Below, in pieces: positions 46,876-61,088 of a stretch of 64,000 bases of DNA. This DNA is from Paraspadella gotoi (taxonomy: Eukaryota; Animalia; Chaetognatha): positions 20,894,684-20,958,683 of the forward strand of contig CM119263.1 of the NCBI GenBank assembly GCA_051294375.1, read 5' to 3'. Made by a program: the position numbers and the translations under genes. Numbering within the stretch: the first letter of the stretch is position 1; each line of letters opens with the position of its first letter. The notes beneath the pieces were generated by a model. That model was given only the letters and a program-made list of their open reading frames with translations. It was not told the DNA's origin and made no database searches.

Positions 46876-48799
46876 GTCTGCGACAGTGTTAATTTTAAAA
46901 AAAGTCAAAATTCTTTACTTTTTCACTCTGTAGTAAAAACTATTTTATGATAAACGTTTTTGTATATTTTTCGACAATTTTTAAAATTAAAATATTATGA
47001 AACTTTGACAAAAGTTTCTTATTTTTTATGACGAATCCGAATCTGTTATTACAATTTTTAAAAATCATTTTGAAATTTTACAAATTTATAAGGATATTAG
47101 GGATTAGGGGTGGTTAGGAATTTGTAATCTAAAAGTTTTTTCTATCTACCATATTTTATTTTTTTTATTTTTGCGCTAGCGAGATTTATATATAGTCGCT
47201 CATAAGAAGCCGAAACAAAATAACCGACCGCAAAATCAGTAGGCGAATGTAAAAATAAGCCAAAAATTAAATAGGTTTTAATTTGTGGATAGTGATGAAA
47301 AAGCTTAAAATAAGGTGAATTGAAGATAAGACATATCACTGTCATGTTCAGAAAACGCTACTGAAAAAATATTAACAAGTATGGCTATATCATCTGCAAT
47401 ATCAATGCCCATAAAAAACAATGTTTGTGAAAACATCAACGAAGCCTATATGTTGCTTAAAAATTTATTTTTTTATTGTATAATTATAAAAAATAAAAGG
47501 CCAGAATAAACTTTCGCCACTCATTTTATTTTCTTATTGTATCTCAAATTGTTCAGACAGGAAAGGACGTTAAGTTTTCTTGAGATATAGGGCCCACCCT
47601 ATATTGGTTATCAAACTTTTTTCTGCTTTAATTAATATAATTTAAAGTTTAAATGGTTAAACATTTCCTAGAAAATGCAAATTGATTGCATTCAAACCTA
47701 TCTTTTTGGTTATGTGTAGCGAATACCAATTAACAAGTGCTGACTGCGACATGGACGTCGCATATCGCCTTCACTACGCGTGTTGATGCCTTTGGCGAAG
47801 TATTCAGCGTCGTCAGATCGGCATCGTTTGAGAGTTCGTGCTGGTTCTGTACTATTTCCTAAGATAAGTTAGCAAAATATAAATGGGCACTAATCTGTCG
47901 TTATTATTTATACACAAGGTTGGGGTTAATTTAAGCTATTTATCATAAAAATATAACTTAAATATAATTAAATATCTAAATATTTGTACTGTTAAAGAAT
48001 AGTTAAAGTTACTAATAACTTCTATTTTAACTTAAATTTTTAAAAGATTAAATATAACTGACTTAGCTTAACTACATCTTAAATTAATTAAAATTATTGA
48101 AAATTAAGAGTCATTAAAATTCAAATACTTTTATCTGAACATCAAAATTTATTTTTTTAGCCCACAAGACGAGTTAGTGCAGCAATAGGATGTATTGAGA
48201 TTGTATCACCGTATACGCCGCGTCTGAGCGAGCTCCGAGTGTTTTCTGATCTTGCTACTGTGCTATTTATAGCAGCATTCGAAGACATGTAAATTTAGTA
48301 ATATTTATGGTTAGTCAACTAGTACAATAACATGCCAGTCGTGAGACGACCTGGTCACAGATAACCTCACATTGGTAACTTCCTCATCATTTATTTTGGG
48401 CTAAGCACATCCTCTCTTCTTATATCTCCTTGTTAAGGCGACATATCCATAAGGACGATAACCAATCAGAGAGCGACTTTTTAAAATACTTGATCATCAG
48501 ATACTCGTAAGCAACAAAAACGAATTCATAATAAAAGGGCATCAAACAACCGAGAGACTATCTCGTAACAAAAAAAATTTAACAAGCCCCATGCTATCGA
48601 CAGATATAAAATTAAATTTTTAATAGATAGAGGAACTTAAAGTATTATATCGTCTTTAAAATGATCAACTAAATATCATAAAACAATTTTAAATCACAGT
48701 AAAGATAGCATGCAAGTAACGGTAACCTACTTTAAAATCATGTAAAACAAAATTTGTATAAATTAGGGAACCAAAATTTTCTTTTATGAAATGTTTCAG

Positions 48800-51700
48800 T
48801 CAATTTCGTCCACTTCAAAGAGTGGATCGCGTCGTTTTAATGGCAGAAGAATCAGGTTACCCCATCGTCAAAAAGAAAAGCGGCATGCTAGTATGAGACA
48901 GGAAAAGTAATAAGTCTACCATATCTTGCACTGGGCCAGAATCTTTTTTACTGGATAAATGCACATGTAAATATTGCAAGCCTTTCGAGAGTTTTCCCAG
49001 TGGAAGATTGATTGATGGATCATTTAGATGCTGGATCCTGATATTTGTAAAGAACCTGAAATCGCAAAGCAATCAAGTGAATAAGGCGTAAGAATTGAGC
49101 TGCAGAAGCAATTCTCATAGGCATTTCAGTCTTTTCATGTAATAGATAATCTGGTCCATTATGGTAAAACTGCCCAGACTTTCTGATCATCAACAGCAAA
49201 GCTTTTGAAAAAGATCAACTGGGTCTTCTTTTTGTAGAAAATAGACAAGCCACAAAATTGTAATGGCGGAAAAATGGACATGAAATGAAACTTAATATTT
49301 CCATTACTTTTAATCTTTCATATGCAGCAACCCATAACTTTCCATAGATGCATCACTAAATGTTGCAATTCTTATGGAGATGATTTTTTTCATGTCTTGG
49401 AGGAAGTTCCTCAAAGATGAAATTAATGATTTTCAAATCTGCTTGGTTTTCTTCCTCTGAGATTATATCATCCCTTCCCAATTTTTAATTTGCACAAAAA
49501 ATTTGAACTTTGGTTCTAGCAATGAGTATGAAGGGGCCGTGAGCTTAAATGGATAAAAGTGGAAGCTTGTTGCAGCAAACGGCTTTTCTTTCTGGTTATA
49601 ATGTTTTTCCCCATCTTTAAATGCTTATTTTAAACCCAAAACAACCAGTCATAACATCAAAATTTACTCCAAAGCTTTTCAGATGGGAATTTCTTCCAAA
49701 TCAAAAAAACTTGGTTTTACTTTGGTCATTTTATATGGGATTTCAACAAAGAAACATCAACTTTCCTTCAACAAGTTTCGTATTGACCGAAACATTATCT
49801 GAATTTCCATGTCGTTCTTAAGAACAGACTGGGAACTTTCTTAATCTTTCAATGCCATTTCAGCATGGGCATCTGGGTCCCTAAGACCTCAGCAGCTTTG
49901 TCCGACCTCTCGCTTCCAAAGGTAATGCAAATTGATAATGCCCATTAACAAATTTTTATAGAAGTCCTTTAAAACTCCAAGAGCTTTTTTATGTTCTGTG
50001 ATCACGATTCTTATCTTCATCAGAATGGGTCATTAAATTCATGATGGCAAAAGGTATTCAACTTTGTAAAACTAATATTATTGTTAAAATTAATAGCATC
50101 ACACTCAACTGAGGCAAGTTGAAAGAGTTCCTCCAAATATGCGTCCTACCCCATCGTGTTCGAACCGCAACATGGTGCATTCTGAGGGCCTCGTACGCAT
50201 AGAAAAGGCATCAGGACAAGAGAGTTGGAAGATCCATACCTATTATACATCAATTTAAGAGGACCGCCTGTTTCATGTAAGGTTATATTCTTCAAATGAG
50301 GAAAATTTTGTAACTTGTCTGAAGTGGGGAATGAGACATTTCCATTTGAAAGGCTTTGAGCAACAACAACAGAACTTAAGTTCAAGCTAAAATGATATCT
50401 ATGGATTGTAAAGTCAAAGGAACTGTGAACAGTAGTTTCAGTCTTTGAGGCATCCAAGAGTTGACACCGTAGCAAACTTTTGTTGTGTAAATTTAATCTT
50501 TTGATAGTTCAGTGAACAATGTTCTTGTTACTGCCTGTATCCAACATGGGCAAAACAGTTTCCCGTTTGTCTTTGTGGTTCATAATGGCTAAAGAGGTCT
50601 ATAAAGTTCACACCTCCATCATTTTTGTAGCAAGATCTGTGCAGCATGTTGAATCTGTAACTTGTGGAATGGCAACTGTTTGTTTCACCTTTGTAATAGA
50701 ATCATCAGGCTGCTTGAGTATCTTTTGTTTTGCCGATGAAGGACATAATGGTGGCTTTTAGATTAACACTGTCTTACAGAATAATTTGTGATCTTGCAGT
50801 CAGAGATTTTTGTTTATTCAAACACCGAAAAGCATAACGATTACTTTTAAGCATACTAAATCTTTGCACTTGGTCCCCATTTTTAAAAATGTAGGACAAC
50901 CAGCACAATAATGTTTAACTAGTGCACAAAGGCATAGTTAAAACTTTACTTGATCATTAAATCTTTTGTTACACTAGATTGCCTTCATTAGCTGAGCCTG
51001 AGAATCCTGTTTGTTACCTTTTGATTGGACCCACTAGAGTTATTGTGAAAGTCATGGAATTTTTTTGTTTAGCAGCTGCAACTTTAACTACAATCTTTCT
51101 TTGGAGGCAAAACTTGGACGAGCATATGGAGACCCAGGCTGTTTGAACTTGATCATCAGAAAGTATAAGAAAATGGGTCAAATTGTTCCTTTGGCTTTTG
51201 AAACGGTCAACTTTGATGGAAAGTATTGCCATTTATCACGTAGAAATGATGCGCTTATCAATCAAATTGTTTACAAGATCGTGTTAGAAAACCTTCATAA
51301 TCCCAGACATGAGAGCAGTGTTTTTAGCCTCTTCAAGGCTCCATAACAGGTTTCTAAAGACCAACAAGATCGCTTTACTTAAAGTAGTCTTGTTATAATA
51401 TCACGTAATCTTTCAGCAAGAGTAATGTTGCCTATAACCCAGTGATGACTAACTTTTGTTTAGCATAAGCTAAAGCTTTGTGCCCATCCAGTTCATTTTC
51501 AAATTGCTTAATGGAACTTATGAGCCTCACCAGTCGTCTCATTTCAACAACTCAAGATACTTTTCACGATCATCTACCCCAGGCAATGTCGTTTACATCA
51601 ATTAAACCGAGATAGGGAATGACGCTAAACATAGCTGTCACCTTTTCCCAACCTCTTATATTCCTTAGGCCGCGCTCGCGTCCAGCTTAGCGAAAGATGC

Positions 51701-52750
51701 CAGAATAATGCTGGGATTCAAGGGCTTGATAGGAGCTGAAGAACATGAAAGGTGGAAGCATCATTGGTTAATTGATTGCTTGATTTGTTGGGATGGATAC
51801 CTGAGGAGTGGATGGGAATCCAGAATTGCTAGATGCTGTTGGCGGCAAGTGGTGATCTCAATGTTGGGGGTTTAAATAATGCTATGAGAACTGGAGTCTA
51901 GTGCTAAAGCTTGGGTTTAGAATTCGTGGCTTTTATATGGATTAAATGAGGAGCTTTTATGATTAAAGTAGAAGCTTCAAGGCAAATGAAACCAAGTCCA
52001 TTGGCCTTTGCCTCTCTTGTTTATTCATATCATTCCAATGTGTAACCTTGTCAAAGGCAGAAGGAGTCTTTGTAAACGGGTGTGTTAGGAAGGGAGGATC
52101 CTGTAAAATTTGGATATCGTCATTTAATTTACTTAATTCAGCCTTTTCCATCATCCTTTCCTTTTCCCTCCTTCTCATTGTCTTCCCTTTGGTTTTTTTA
52201 AATTTTTAAGGCTAAATTGTTTAATTCCACTTGCTTCTCCTCCCATCCCTGTTGGCAGTATCCTTTTGGGCTTCTTCCAATCTAATGCATTTTCCCTTTC
52301 TTTCCTTTCTTTTTGATTCGCTACGATCTTTCATTATTTTATATTCCTGAAATGTTTTACTTTTCTTTCCGTTTCTTTAATTTAAAAACTCTTTACGCTG
52401 GATTTAGTCCCCCGTTTGACGAAGCCCTTGAGCTTTGAGATCTAACCAGACATGAACGGACTTGGAGTATTAGGGAGCAAAGATTGTTATTGGCAGGCAA
52501 TTTAATGACTTAAGTAACTCTTCCATTTGATCATGAAATGTGGATTCTTCTTTTTCGTATTCTTGTAATGCTTTTGTATTCTCAGCTTCCTTTCCTTAGT
52601 CAAACTCACCTTAAATTCTTTGTATGTTTCACTAGCCAGAGTAATGCAATCTTCATGAGCTTGTATTTGCAATATAATACTTTCCCTCCTACATGAGGTT
52701 TGGGCAGCTTGCAACTTTTTGTATTAAAATCGTGAAATGCTATGGATAAT
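48800..52750 (-). mobile_element. Decayed BEL/Pao LTR retrotransposon (gag, protease, partial pol), internally deleted
   Basis: Minus-strand motifs in BEL order: Cys/His knuckles (HYCAGCPTFLKM ~50900; C..SHHYVLH ~50750), protease MLDTGSN (~50527-50547), KFVNGHYQFALP(W)K (~49915-49953), AP(F)ILIA..Q (~49520), RNase H SDASMESYG (~49332-49357), DPVDL...NGPDYL (~49143-49228). Many stops and frameshifts; LTRs not identified; boundaries approximate. Confidence 0.85.
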
Positions 52751-53482
52751 GGATGTTTCTTTAATTTACCCGCCCTTGTAGTATTGACGAGTTGGACTGA
52801 ATTTTCAAAATTCTTAAACCAACAAGATCACGAAACCGAGATATAAAAGCAACGCCAACCCTTCTAAAACTAAGAGGAAAGCAACTTATATGGCATAAAT
52901 GAAACAATGAAAGCGAGAGAGTAGAACGAAAGAGTTTCCTTTTAAAAAGGGAAAACCAAAATTCAAAAAATAAGAATTCAAACCGTAACACATATAGAAC
53001 CGATTATAAAGAAGAACGCGTTTCGCTAATGTTAAAGCGCAAATTCGATTAGCGGAAAGAGTATTTTAAATTAATTCGCGTTACGAGATAAAAGACGCTG
53101 TTTGAAATCGTTTAATTTTGCATTTCGAATTATTACGAAGATCGCGTAGCTTATCTTTTTAAAAATGCACTCGAATTTTTTCGATTATTTTTTAGAAGAA
53201 ATTCGTTTTTTTCTTTTTCGCGAGTTTATTTAGTCTTACTTCTTACGCCGCCGCTAGTTGAGTGAATCGCTGACCGATCGTGAAGGAACGCGCCAACAGA
53301 GATTTGATGAGATTTGGTTCCTTCTTTTAAAGGGCGTTTATAAAGTCCGAAGTCGAAATAGATTATTGAGGATTTACCNNNNNNNNNNNNNNNNNNNNNN
53401 NNNTTGCTATTTGCTTGTTAGAATTTCAGATTGGATCGAAATCCCTTCCTGAAAGAAAATTGAAATTCAAAGATTCGAAACT

Positions 53483-54860
53483 AAGCCAGACCGGGCGAAG
53501 CCCGTCCTGTCTCTATAATAATTCGCTTTAGCTTCTTTGTGACGTTGTCGTTGGCGTAACGTTTTTTTGCAATCATGACTATTGAAAGTGTGATATCATA
53601 GGGAGTTGAAATTTTATATATGGCTTCTAATCATCAAAATCTTTAAAATTGTCAGGATTCATATCAATATTCGTAATTGTTTATGTTTTATTTACAAAAC
53701 AAAAACGTTTTAATTATATGTCGCTTTCTTTCTCTCTTTCTTTTAATTATATGTCGCTCTCACTCTCTCTCTCTTTCTTTTTCTCACTGCTCTTTAAGAT
53801 TGTCAAAAACGAGTTCCGGCTCGTGCGCGTCTGTCCACTCTCTCTCTCTTCTCTCTTTTCTCTCTCTCTCTCTCTTTTTTTTTTATAATACAAAAAAATT
53901 ACGAAAATTACTCTGTATAAAAAAATCATTGACCTAGATCACACACGTTGCAGGCAACGGATAACCGATATAAACCTAATATGCGTTTCTTTGAAGGAAA
54001 CTTTGTTGTAATAAAGTTAATCATCAGTTTTACTATATAACTTTATCCACGCTTCACTAGGACAGACAGAACAGTAAACGAGTTCCGTCGTGCGCGTCTG
54101 TCCAGTTCATTTTCTATCTACTTCTTCTCTCTTTTTTTTTTTATTATTTTAAATTTTTATTACATTTTTTGCAATTTGATCTTGTGTGAAAAAGTATGGG
54201 CGCAGAACCCAGTACTTTGGGATTGGAGAGGAGTCTCGCTTAGCCTCCGCGCTACCGCTATTCAGATTCGTCTAAAAAACGAGTGTCACTCTCAAGCAGC
54301 TGTCCAGCGCTGCCATGCTTCGCTCTACATCTTCTCTCATCTCTTCTCTCTCGTTCTCTCATGTCTGTCTCTTATCTCGAATACAGATCTGTTGCAGTGA
54401 TCGTATCGATTTTTTTGAAAAACTTGTGATTATTTTTTCCTTCTATAAAACATTTTTTATCCATTATGATCGCGCTTTTTTCTCAATACAAAATCCAATT
54501 AAGATTTTCATGATGCGATTTTCTAGTATCATGAAATCGTTGTTATGTTGGGAAAATAGGTCGTACCTTCTCTGTCTTGTCTCTCTCTGTCTCTGTCTTC
54601 TCTGCTCTTTCATCCTCTCACTCATAACAGCGTTGTTTTTTTTATAGATGAATGACTATCGCGTTTAATTGAATACTATATCGCATCAGTTAATGATTAC
54701 AATCATATCAGTGAATGTTATCATGCATCAATATTGTTTATTACATAAGTCATCTATAGTAATTGGTTATCAATCGCATCATAATTGGTATCATTGCTTC
54801 AATAATCATTCCTTGACATCAATCCAATTACTATTACATCAATAATTCATTAGCGCATTC
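53483..54860 (+). mobile_element. Helentron/DINE-1-like element, noisy copy
   Basis: Head agaccgggcgaagcccgtcctgtctctataata plus shared body; homologous to ~61089-62220. Confidence 0.55.
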
Positions 54861-55006
54861 ATTTCATTCGATTTTTTTCTCTATTTTTTTCATTAAATTT
54901 TTCTTTGATAGTGGGTGGTTGACTCGATCTTGAATCTTTTATTGATTTTTTAAACGGTTCCATCCTTTTCGGTAATAAACATATGAATTTGGTGCTCTCT
55001 CTCTCG

Positions 55007-55038
<32 letters not shown>

Positions 55039-55760
55039 GTCTCCTCGCGTCCATCGTGTCGTCCTTCTTCTCTTTATCTCTTCTCGATCTCCTTCGCTAA
55101 TTTTTTTCTTCCTTTTGTTTCCTTTTGTTTGTTTGCGATCTGTTTCCTGCACCTGATCTCACACTGAATTCTATTTCAGTCGCGCTTGGTTATGTATTGA
55201 GATCAGAATAGTTTTTCAGGAATTTACATTTTATTATTTGTGATTTATCTATTAAATTTATTTAATTTTTATATGTAGATTTACCCTAATTTTTCAGTAG
55301 ATTCTTTAGCTGTATTTCTGCTCACTTTTATAACTTCCTGAGTTTCGAACACAAACCCTTTATTTTGCAATTAAAAATGGTATTCATTTTTAAAAAATAG
55401 ATTCTTCTTTAAGAAATTATACTGTGGTGTTTATGAGTAATGAGATATGAAATCCAATTTGCATTGATGGTTTACATTTATTTTGCCCTAACAAAATAAG
55501 AAATTAAATCTTTTAGGACTCCTATTTCCTTCTCAAGACTCGCTTGTGTTGTCTCGTACAAACTTCTCTGATTCTGTGGGATTCGCGAGCCTTAAAACGC
55601 ATCATGGAAAGAAGAGAGCGTAGGAGGGGCTTGAAAACTGGGGAGAGAGGGAGAAGAGAGAAAGACAGAAAGAGAGAGAGAGAGAGAGAAGAGAGACTGG
55701 ACTAATCTGCATATTGCATAACTCGACTGGCTCTAAACTTTTGGGAGGGAGGCGATGGAG

Positions 55761-55812
<52 letters not shown>
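54852..55812 (+). repeat. Segment repeated at ~63082-64000 (partial extra copy at ~62845-63080)
   Basis: Near-identical text (aaacggttccatccttttcg, ctcaagactcgcttgtgttgtctcgtacaaacttctctgattc, gcatcatggaaagaagagagcgtaggaggggc) differing mostly by indels. Confidence 0.85.
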
Positions 55813-55819
<7 letters not shown>

Positions 55820-56209
55820 AAAGAGAAAGAAACACAGTTGTTTACTGCTGTGAAGTTGTGAACCAAAATCAGTTCCATGCAAATTTTTTTGTTAGTTCGA
55901 AGCCAAGTTGGCGAAATTCAATGTAAAATTGAAAAAAAAAAATCCAATCCAATTTCCAGGGAGAACAGTAACAACTAGAATAATCACGCAAGCCGCATCT
56001 CTTCTTCATCCTACATATTACAATTCAAATTCGTAAATTAAAAATTTTTCTTTTCCTTTCAAAATTTGACCATATTTTTAAATGTGCCTCGTTCAACAAA
56101 TTCTAATAGTAAGTTTGTAATCAGGCATTGAGTAAGCTAACCTTCTATAAATATAAGCTCATAATAAAGCCGTAGCTCATGACATAGGTACCGGGATCTT
56201 TCCTGGTAG

Positions 56210-58654
56210 TATAGTATCTATAGTTGGTAATAGAATCTAAGTTAGCCGTAAATTATAAAAATATTCAAAACTTTTTCCATTGGAGCCAGGAGGTACTGGA
56301 AAATACGGAGGTATTCTTTATCACCTTTGCATTTTATCCTAGTTATTTAAGTTTGAACTTAGTTTCAGAGGGTTAAAATTAAATTTAGGAATTAGGAAAT
56401 GAACTGGGGTTCTTCGGGATAGTTTAGGAAAATTTCCCTCATAAAAGTTTTTAACTCGATCGATTGATGATCTAATGGGCGCGCACAGTATAAAAAAAAA
56501 ATAAAAACTGGATAAAAGCACTTGAACATCGGCATAATACATATTCAGTCCTTTTCATAGAAAAGGTACAAAGGCTTATGTAAGATAACAGTTTCCAGAA
56601 AATATTCTTTCTCAAGTTATAGCAAATCTCTATTTGGGTGAGTCTTTGAATGTTTGTTCACCCAAATGGGTAGAGAGAAAAATTATTTGAACTTTGTTAT
56701 ATTAAAGCTCTTGTCAATTTTTAATAAATAAAAAAATATTTTTATATATGTTACTATGTAGATATGAAAAACTGTAAAAACTCATAGACAGCCGATCAAG
56801 CAACCAGATTATTTCCTAATGATACATCTTATACTCATCAGTTATAATTAAATCTCATCCGCATTTGTCCGCCTTTTGAGAAATCCAAAATGCTTTCATT
56901 AAAAAATAATCTCAAAAAGAATTCGATATTCTTCGAAATTCCATTGATTAATTTTCTTGATCGATTTCCATCTTATTTGTTTAGTGCACTTTTAAAAAGA
57001 TTAAATTAAGTTTATATTTAGCAAACTACCTATTACTTATAACATAATAAAGAAAAAATATTAAGTTGGGTCAATTTCTTTATAAGATCGAATTAAAATC
57101 AAAGTCGTTCAACCTACCAAATTTGTCGTTAATGAAATTTTTCTCCCATATTTTCAAAATCACTTTTTATCATTTAAAAGTTTAAAAGAACCTCAATGGC
57201 ATCTCTGATAATCAGCATACAAAAAAGAGGTATTTCCTGACATTTAAGCCATTTGGATCACTGGCACCGTGATCCTGAGCGACGACCAATTTCTTTCGCT
57301 TCACGAACTTAATCTAATCCTCCTCGTGATGAATTTAATATTAGCGACGACGCGATCACTTGGCTTTAATTTTCAATTTATTCACTAGAGTCAAAACGAA
57401 AAGACGGTGTTTGAGTTGACGTGGGGTGTCGTCGTCGTCGCGACGCTGTTGTTGTTGTGGCCCGTATTCTTCAAATTAATTTACTATTTTTTCACAATAT
57501 TCGTTAATTTCTGAACATAAATACTTTTTAAATATCGTAATAAATTATTCCGTTACTCGAGTTTTTTCGTCGTCCTTCGTATTCTAACTCGTCAATGACT
57601 TGGTCATCGTCGTCGGTCGTCGACGTAACTTTGTGATGATTGACTGACGACATGACTCGTCGTTTCGTCGTCGTCGTTGTCGTGTTCCAAGAATACAAGT
57701 ATAATGTTATCATTGCCGCACCGTATCGTCTTTAGTCGGCCATTGCATAATTCACCCTTAAGCAGACACTTTCAGTTGTGTCCCGGTGGCTCATTTGTAA
57801 AGCCTCAACTCATAACACTAGGTGTCGGGTGGAAAAATAATGGAAAAAAAAAAGGAAAAAAAAATTGACTCGGTTTGGAAAAAACGGTTAATTTATTATC
57901 AAATATATTTTTTGGCTGGTTAATAGGTTTTAATATGTAATATGACCTCCCGGGACTGATAAAAAGATTCTCTCAACAGCATAACATTGTTTATGCACCA
58001 ATACTTCCAAAAAGGTTGTTCAAACTTTTCACCTCTTTTTGATAAAGAGGACTCCTCACATTATGTAATATATTATCTCTGACATAATATTTTTTATCGG
58101 ATTATAGAGCAAAAAATGGTCCTTGGCCAGCAGTGAAAAAGATGATCCCCTATAATGTAACCAGGCTGAGTTGTTGTTGTTGCATAATGTGATGATGCAT
58201 TGTCTTTCATTTCAACAAATCGATTTTCTTTTTTTTGGACTTATTGATATTGTTTCTGATAATACATCCAAGGTAAATAAAAATTATAACTTGCTCATAG
58301 AAAGGTTACCCGGAGCATTAAAACTTTTATGATACTTAAAATATAAAAAAAAATATTCTAGGCATCTACTGATTAATGTATTTTAATACCACTATTTTTT
58401 TTGACATATGTATTAGATCATCCCTGAATCTATCCTATCAAAAAGTAATAAAAAAAGACCGAAATTAGTATAAATGAAAAGTTAGATATGAAAAAGATAA
58501 AAGAAGGAAGCATTTTATGGACAATTCATTTCTTTTTGCATGGAACTCTGTATTTTTGGTCATACATAAATAAAACACAGCTCATATGAATCACAAAAGG
58601 CAAAGTATTTCGATATGTAGTTGTATGTATGTATGTTATGTTTTTTTCCCATTA
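56210..58654. mobile_element. ~2.4-kb insertion splitting a SINE copy, flanked by TGGTAG direct repeats
   Basis: SINE head at 56172-56209 and body at 58655-58790 join into a copy colinear with 39303-39485; TGGTAG at 56204-56209 and 58655-58660. Confidence 0.5.
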
Positions 58655-58931
58655 TGGTAGCTTCCTGCGGAAGCTTAGGACGCCGTAAGCCGCCTTGGGT
58701 GCGTGGAAAACCCTCAAGCTGGTCCAAGCTGTTCCATGGCTGCTGAGGGTACAGAAGTTAGGGATAGTAGTCTTAGCCCACTGAGCCCTTATCACTAAGG
58801 CGTAGTGAAAGGTACATCGAAAATTCTAAAAGTCAATTTATGAACAACATATCATCAGTGAACATTAATTTGTAAAAAAAATTAATTTTTATGTTTTTTA
58901 ATTTTTCGCAGTAGGCTATATTATATATTAT

Positions 58932-59371
58932 AACCGTTCATATAAGCAGTCCCTGAGCTTCGGGTCAGGTGTTAAGCTGTTAAGCGCCCGTCCCTCTTAA
59001 CTGCAGCGGCCACCAGGCTAGAACCCCGGACCTTGGGTGGAGGCGAATGACTTGCCTCCGGCACCAAAGACCGCTGATGACGTTTGGTGGATTTTGGTCC
59101 ACATACAATCCCCCTCCCGTAGGGAGAAGTCTGTTGCGTCTCTTCAGTGAATTGTTGTTGGTGGAAAGTTCGTCACCAAGTTGAGGCATGTCGCCTGAGT
59201 GTTGTGGGCGGAAAGTGCATCGCCAGGTGAGGCATGTCGACTGAAAGTGTTGTTGTTGCTGTTGTGTTCAGAATCGGCTCACCATGAAGAACAGTGATTA
59301 TTTATGTTTTAATGATAGAACCGTTTATATAAGTATCCCTGAGCTTCGGATCAGCTGTAACCCATGTTACA
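58932..59371 (-). mobile_element. TRIM-like miniature LTR element
   Basis: 87-bp TG...CA repeat (59371-59285) containing TATATAA, followed directly by a TGGTGAGCCG PBS-like site. After ~275 bp comes purine tract AAGAGGGA (58998-58991), then a truncated second repeat (ctgacccgaagctcaggga...ttatatgaacggtt). Confidence 0.5.
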
Positions 59372-61088
59372 GGCGTTAATTCCATTTTTGATCCATTTTT
59401 ACTTACAACTTCTGATTTGAATGCCAAGGAAAGCCGAAAAAATTTTTTACTTTGGAAATCCGATTCTTTCTTATCTTCTTTACCTTGGGTACTTTTATTA
59501 GCTTAAATCATTATATAGTTTGCTATGAATCAATTTTAAAGTTAACAAGCCAACAAGTTGAGTTTCAGTCTTATCATAATTTGTTAAACAAAAATAAATC
59601 AAATTGGTTTAAATTAACAGAAAATAAGCCTATTGAATAAGCTTTAACGCCTATAAAATTATCAAAAAACTTTTTTGGTTAGCCACAAATAATTTTTAAA
59701 GACGTCTTTAATTTGTGACTTTTTGTGAACTTGCATTTATTTTTGATAAAGAGAATATTTTCAACTCATTTATTAGTATTAAAAGATGAGGCCATACCAG
59801 ATTTATTAAATAAACCGCAATCTTATTAACGCACCGCCATTGGAACCCAGGAAAGCGTCAGGATTTGTTTTTTCTCAGAATCGACAGATTTTGCGGAAAT
59901 TTTTTACGCAAAATCCGTCGATTTACTAAATTTGCTAGGCAACCAAAATTGAAAGAAAAATCATGCGTCCGTTCTTTTCTTTCTATAATGCATTTTAAAG
60001 ATTTCTTTGATTTGGCTAATGTAATGTAATAGAGGAAATAGGAAAGGAAAGAAAAGAAAAGGATAAGAAAGAAGAGGGTAAAAAGGCAAAAAAACAAGGA
60101 AAATGGGTGAAAAAATAGTGAAACATTGTAAGGTAAAAAAAGATTGGAAAAGAAAGAAAAAGAGGGGAAAGAAAGGGAAAGAATGAAAGAAAAAAAGGTG
60201 AGGAAAGGCATGAGTGGCAGAATAAAGGAAGGCGGCCAAAAAATGGTAAGTGACAGCGTGAGAAGTAGGGAGGAAAGAGGAAGAGGAAAATATAAAGTAA
60301 GAGAATAAAGAGGTGAAGAAATAATCAGGAAAAGCGTATGAAGAAAAAAAATTGTATCAGATAAGTGTGGCGTCTTACATAAATCTTTGGGTAAGTAAAA
60401 GACATGAGGATTCTTATAAGCCTAATAAGGAATCGATCTTTTAAAATTATCTGTACCATTAAAATTCAAACATACTTATTTCTAGAATTAACGTTAATGA
60501 GATTAGATTGAACAGCATGAAGAAATCATGTTCTACATATTTTAACATCATAGAAATTACATGGAAGTTCTAAGTGATAAGAAGGAGATAACTAAAAAAA
60601 AAATTCACAATTTTTCTAATAGAGAATTCCGTTCAATCTGACTACCCAAATTGCAAACGCTTTGCCAGAAATACGGTTAAAAAAACACTTGTAAAAACGC
60701 ACAATTCCGAGTGCGTTACATCTGAAGGCTTGTCTATTGTTTTAATGGCATTTGATGAAGGACTGAATATCAACAAGACCAGGGGAAATACATACTCAGC
60801 TCCGGAAATTTTCAAACCTAAGTTGTAGTTCATTCAAATAGCGATGTCGCCGGATCACGCAAGGTCGCAGGTGTGGTTCTAGTTGGGGGTTGGCGACTTC
60901 GCCATGGCGATTCGCCAGGGCTTTGGCGATGTCGCCAGTCCCCCCACTGGCAACTCGCCAGTGATAAAGGTAGCGAATATAATGAAAAGCGCAGCTAACA
61001 CGGGGGATGAGCATCACCTTCAGGCTCCTCTCCACCTAACCTAAACCAAACTCCCTTCAACTCNNNNNNNNNNNNNNNNNNNNNNNNN

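Noticed and set aside
47730-48290. Two small GC-richer patches as exons
   Set aside because: Open on both strands, no consistent strand or phase, and no recognisable product.
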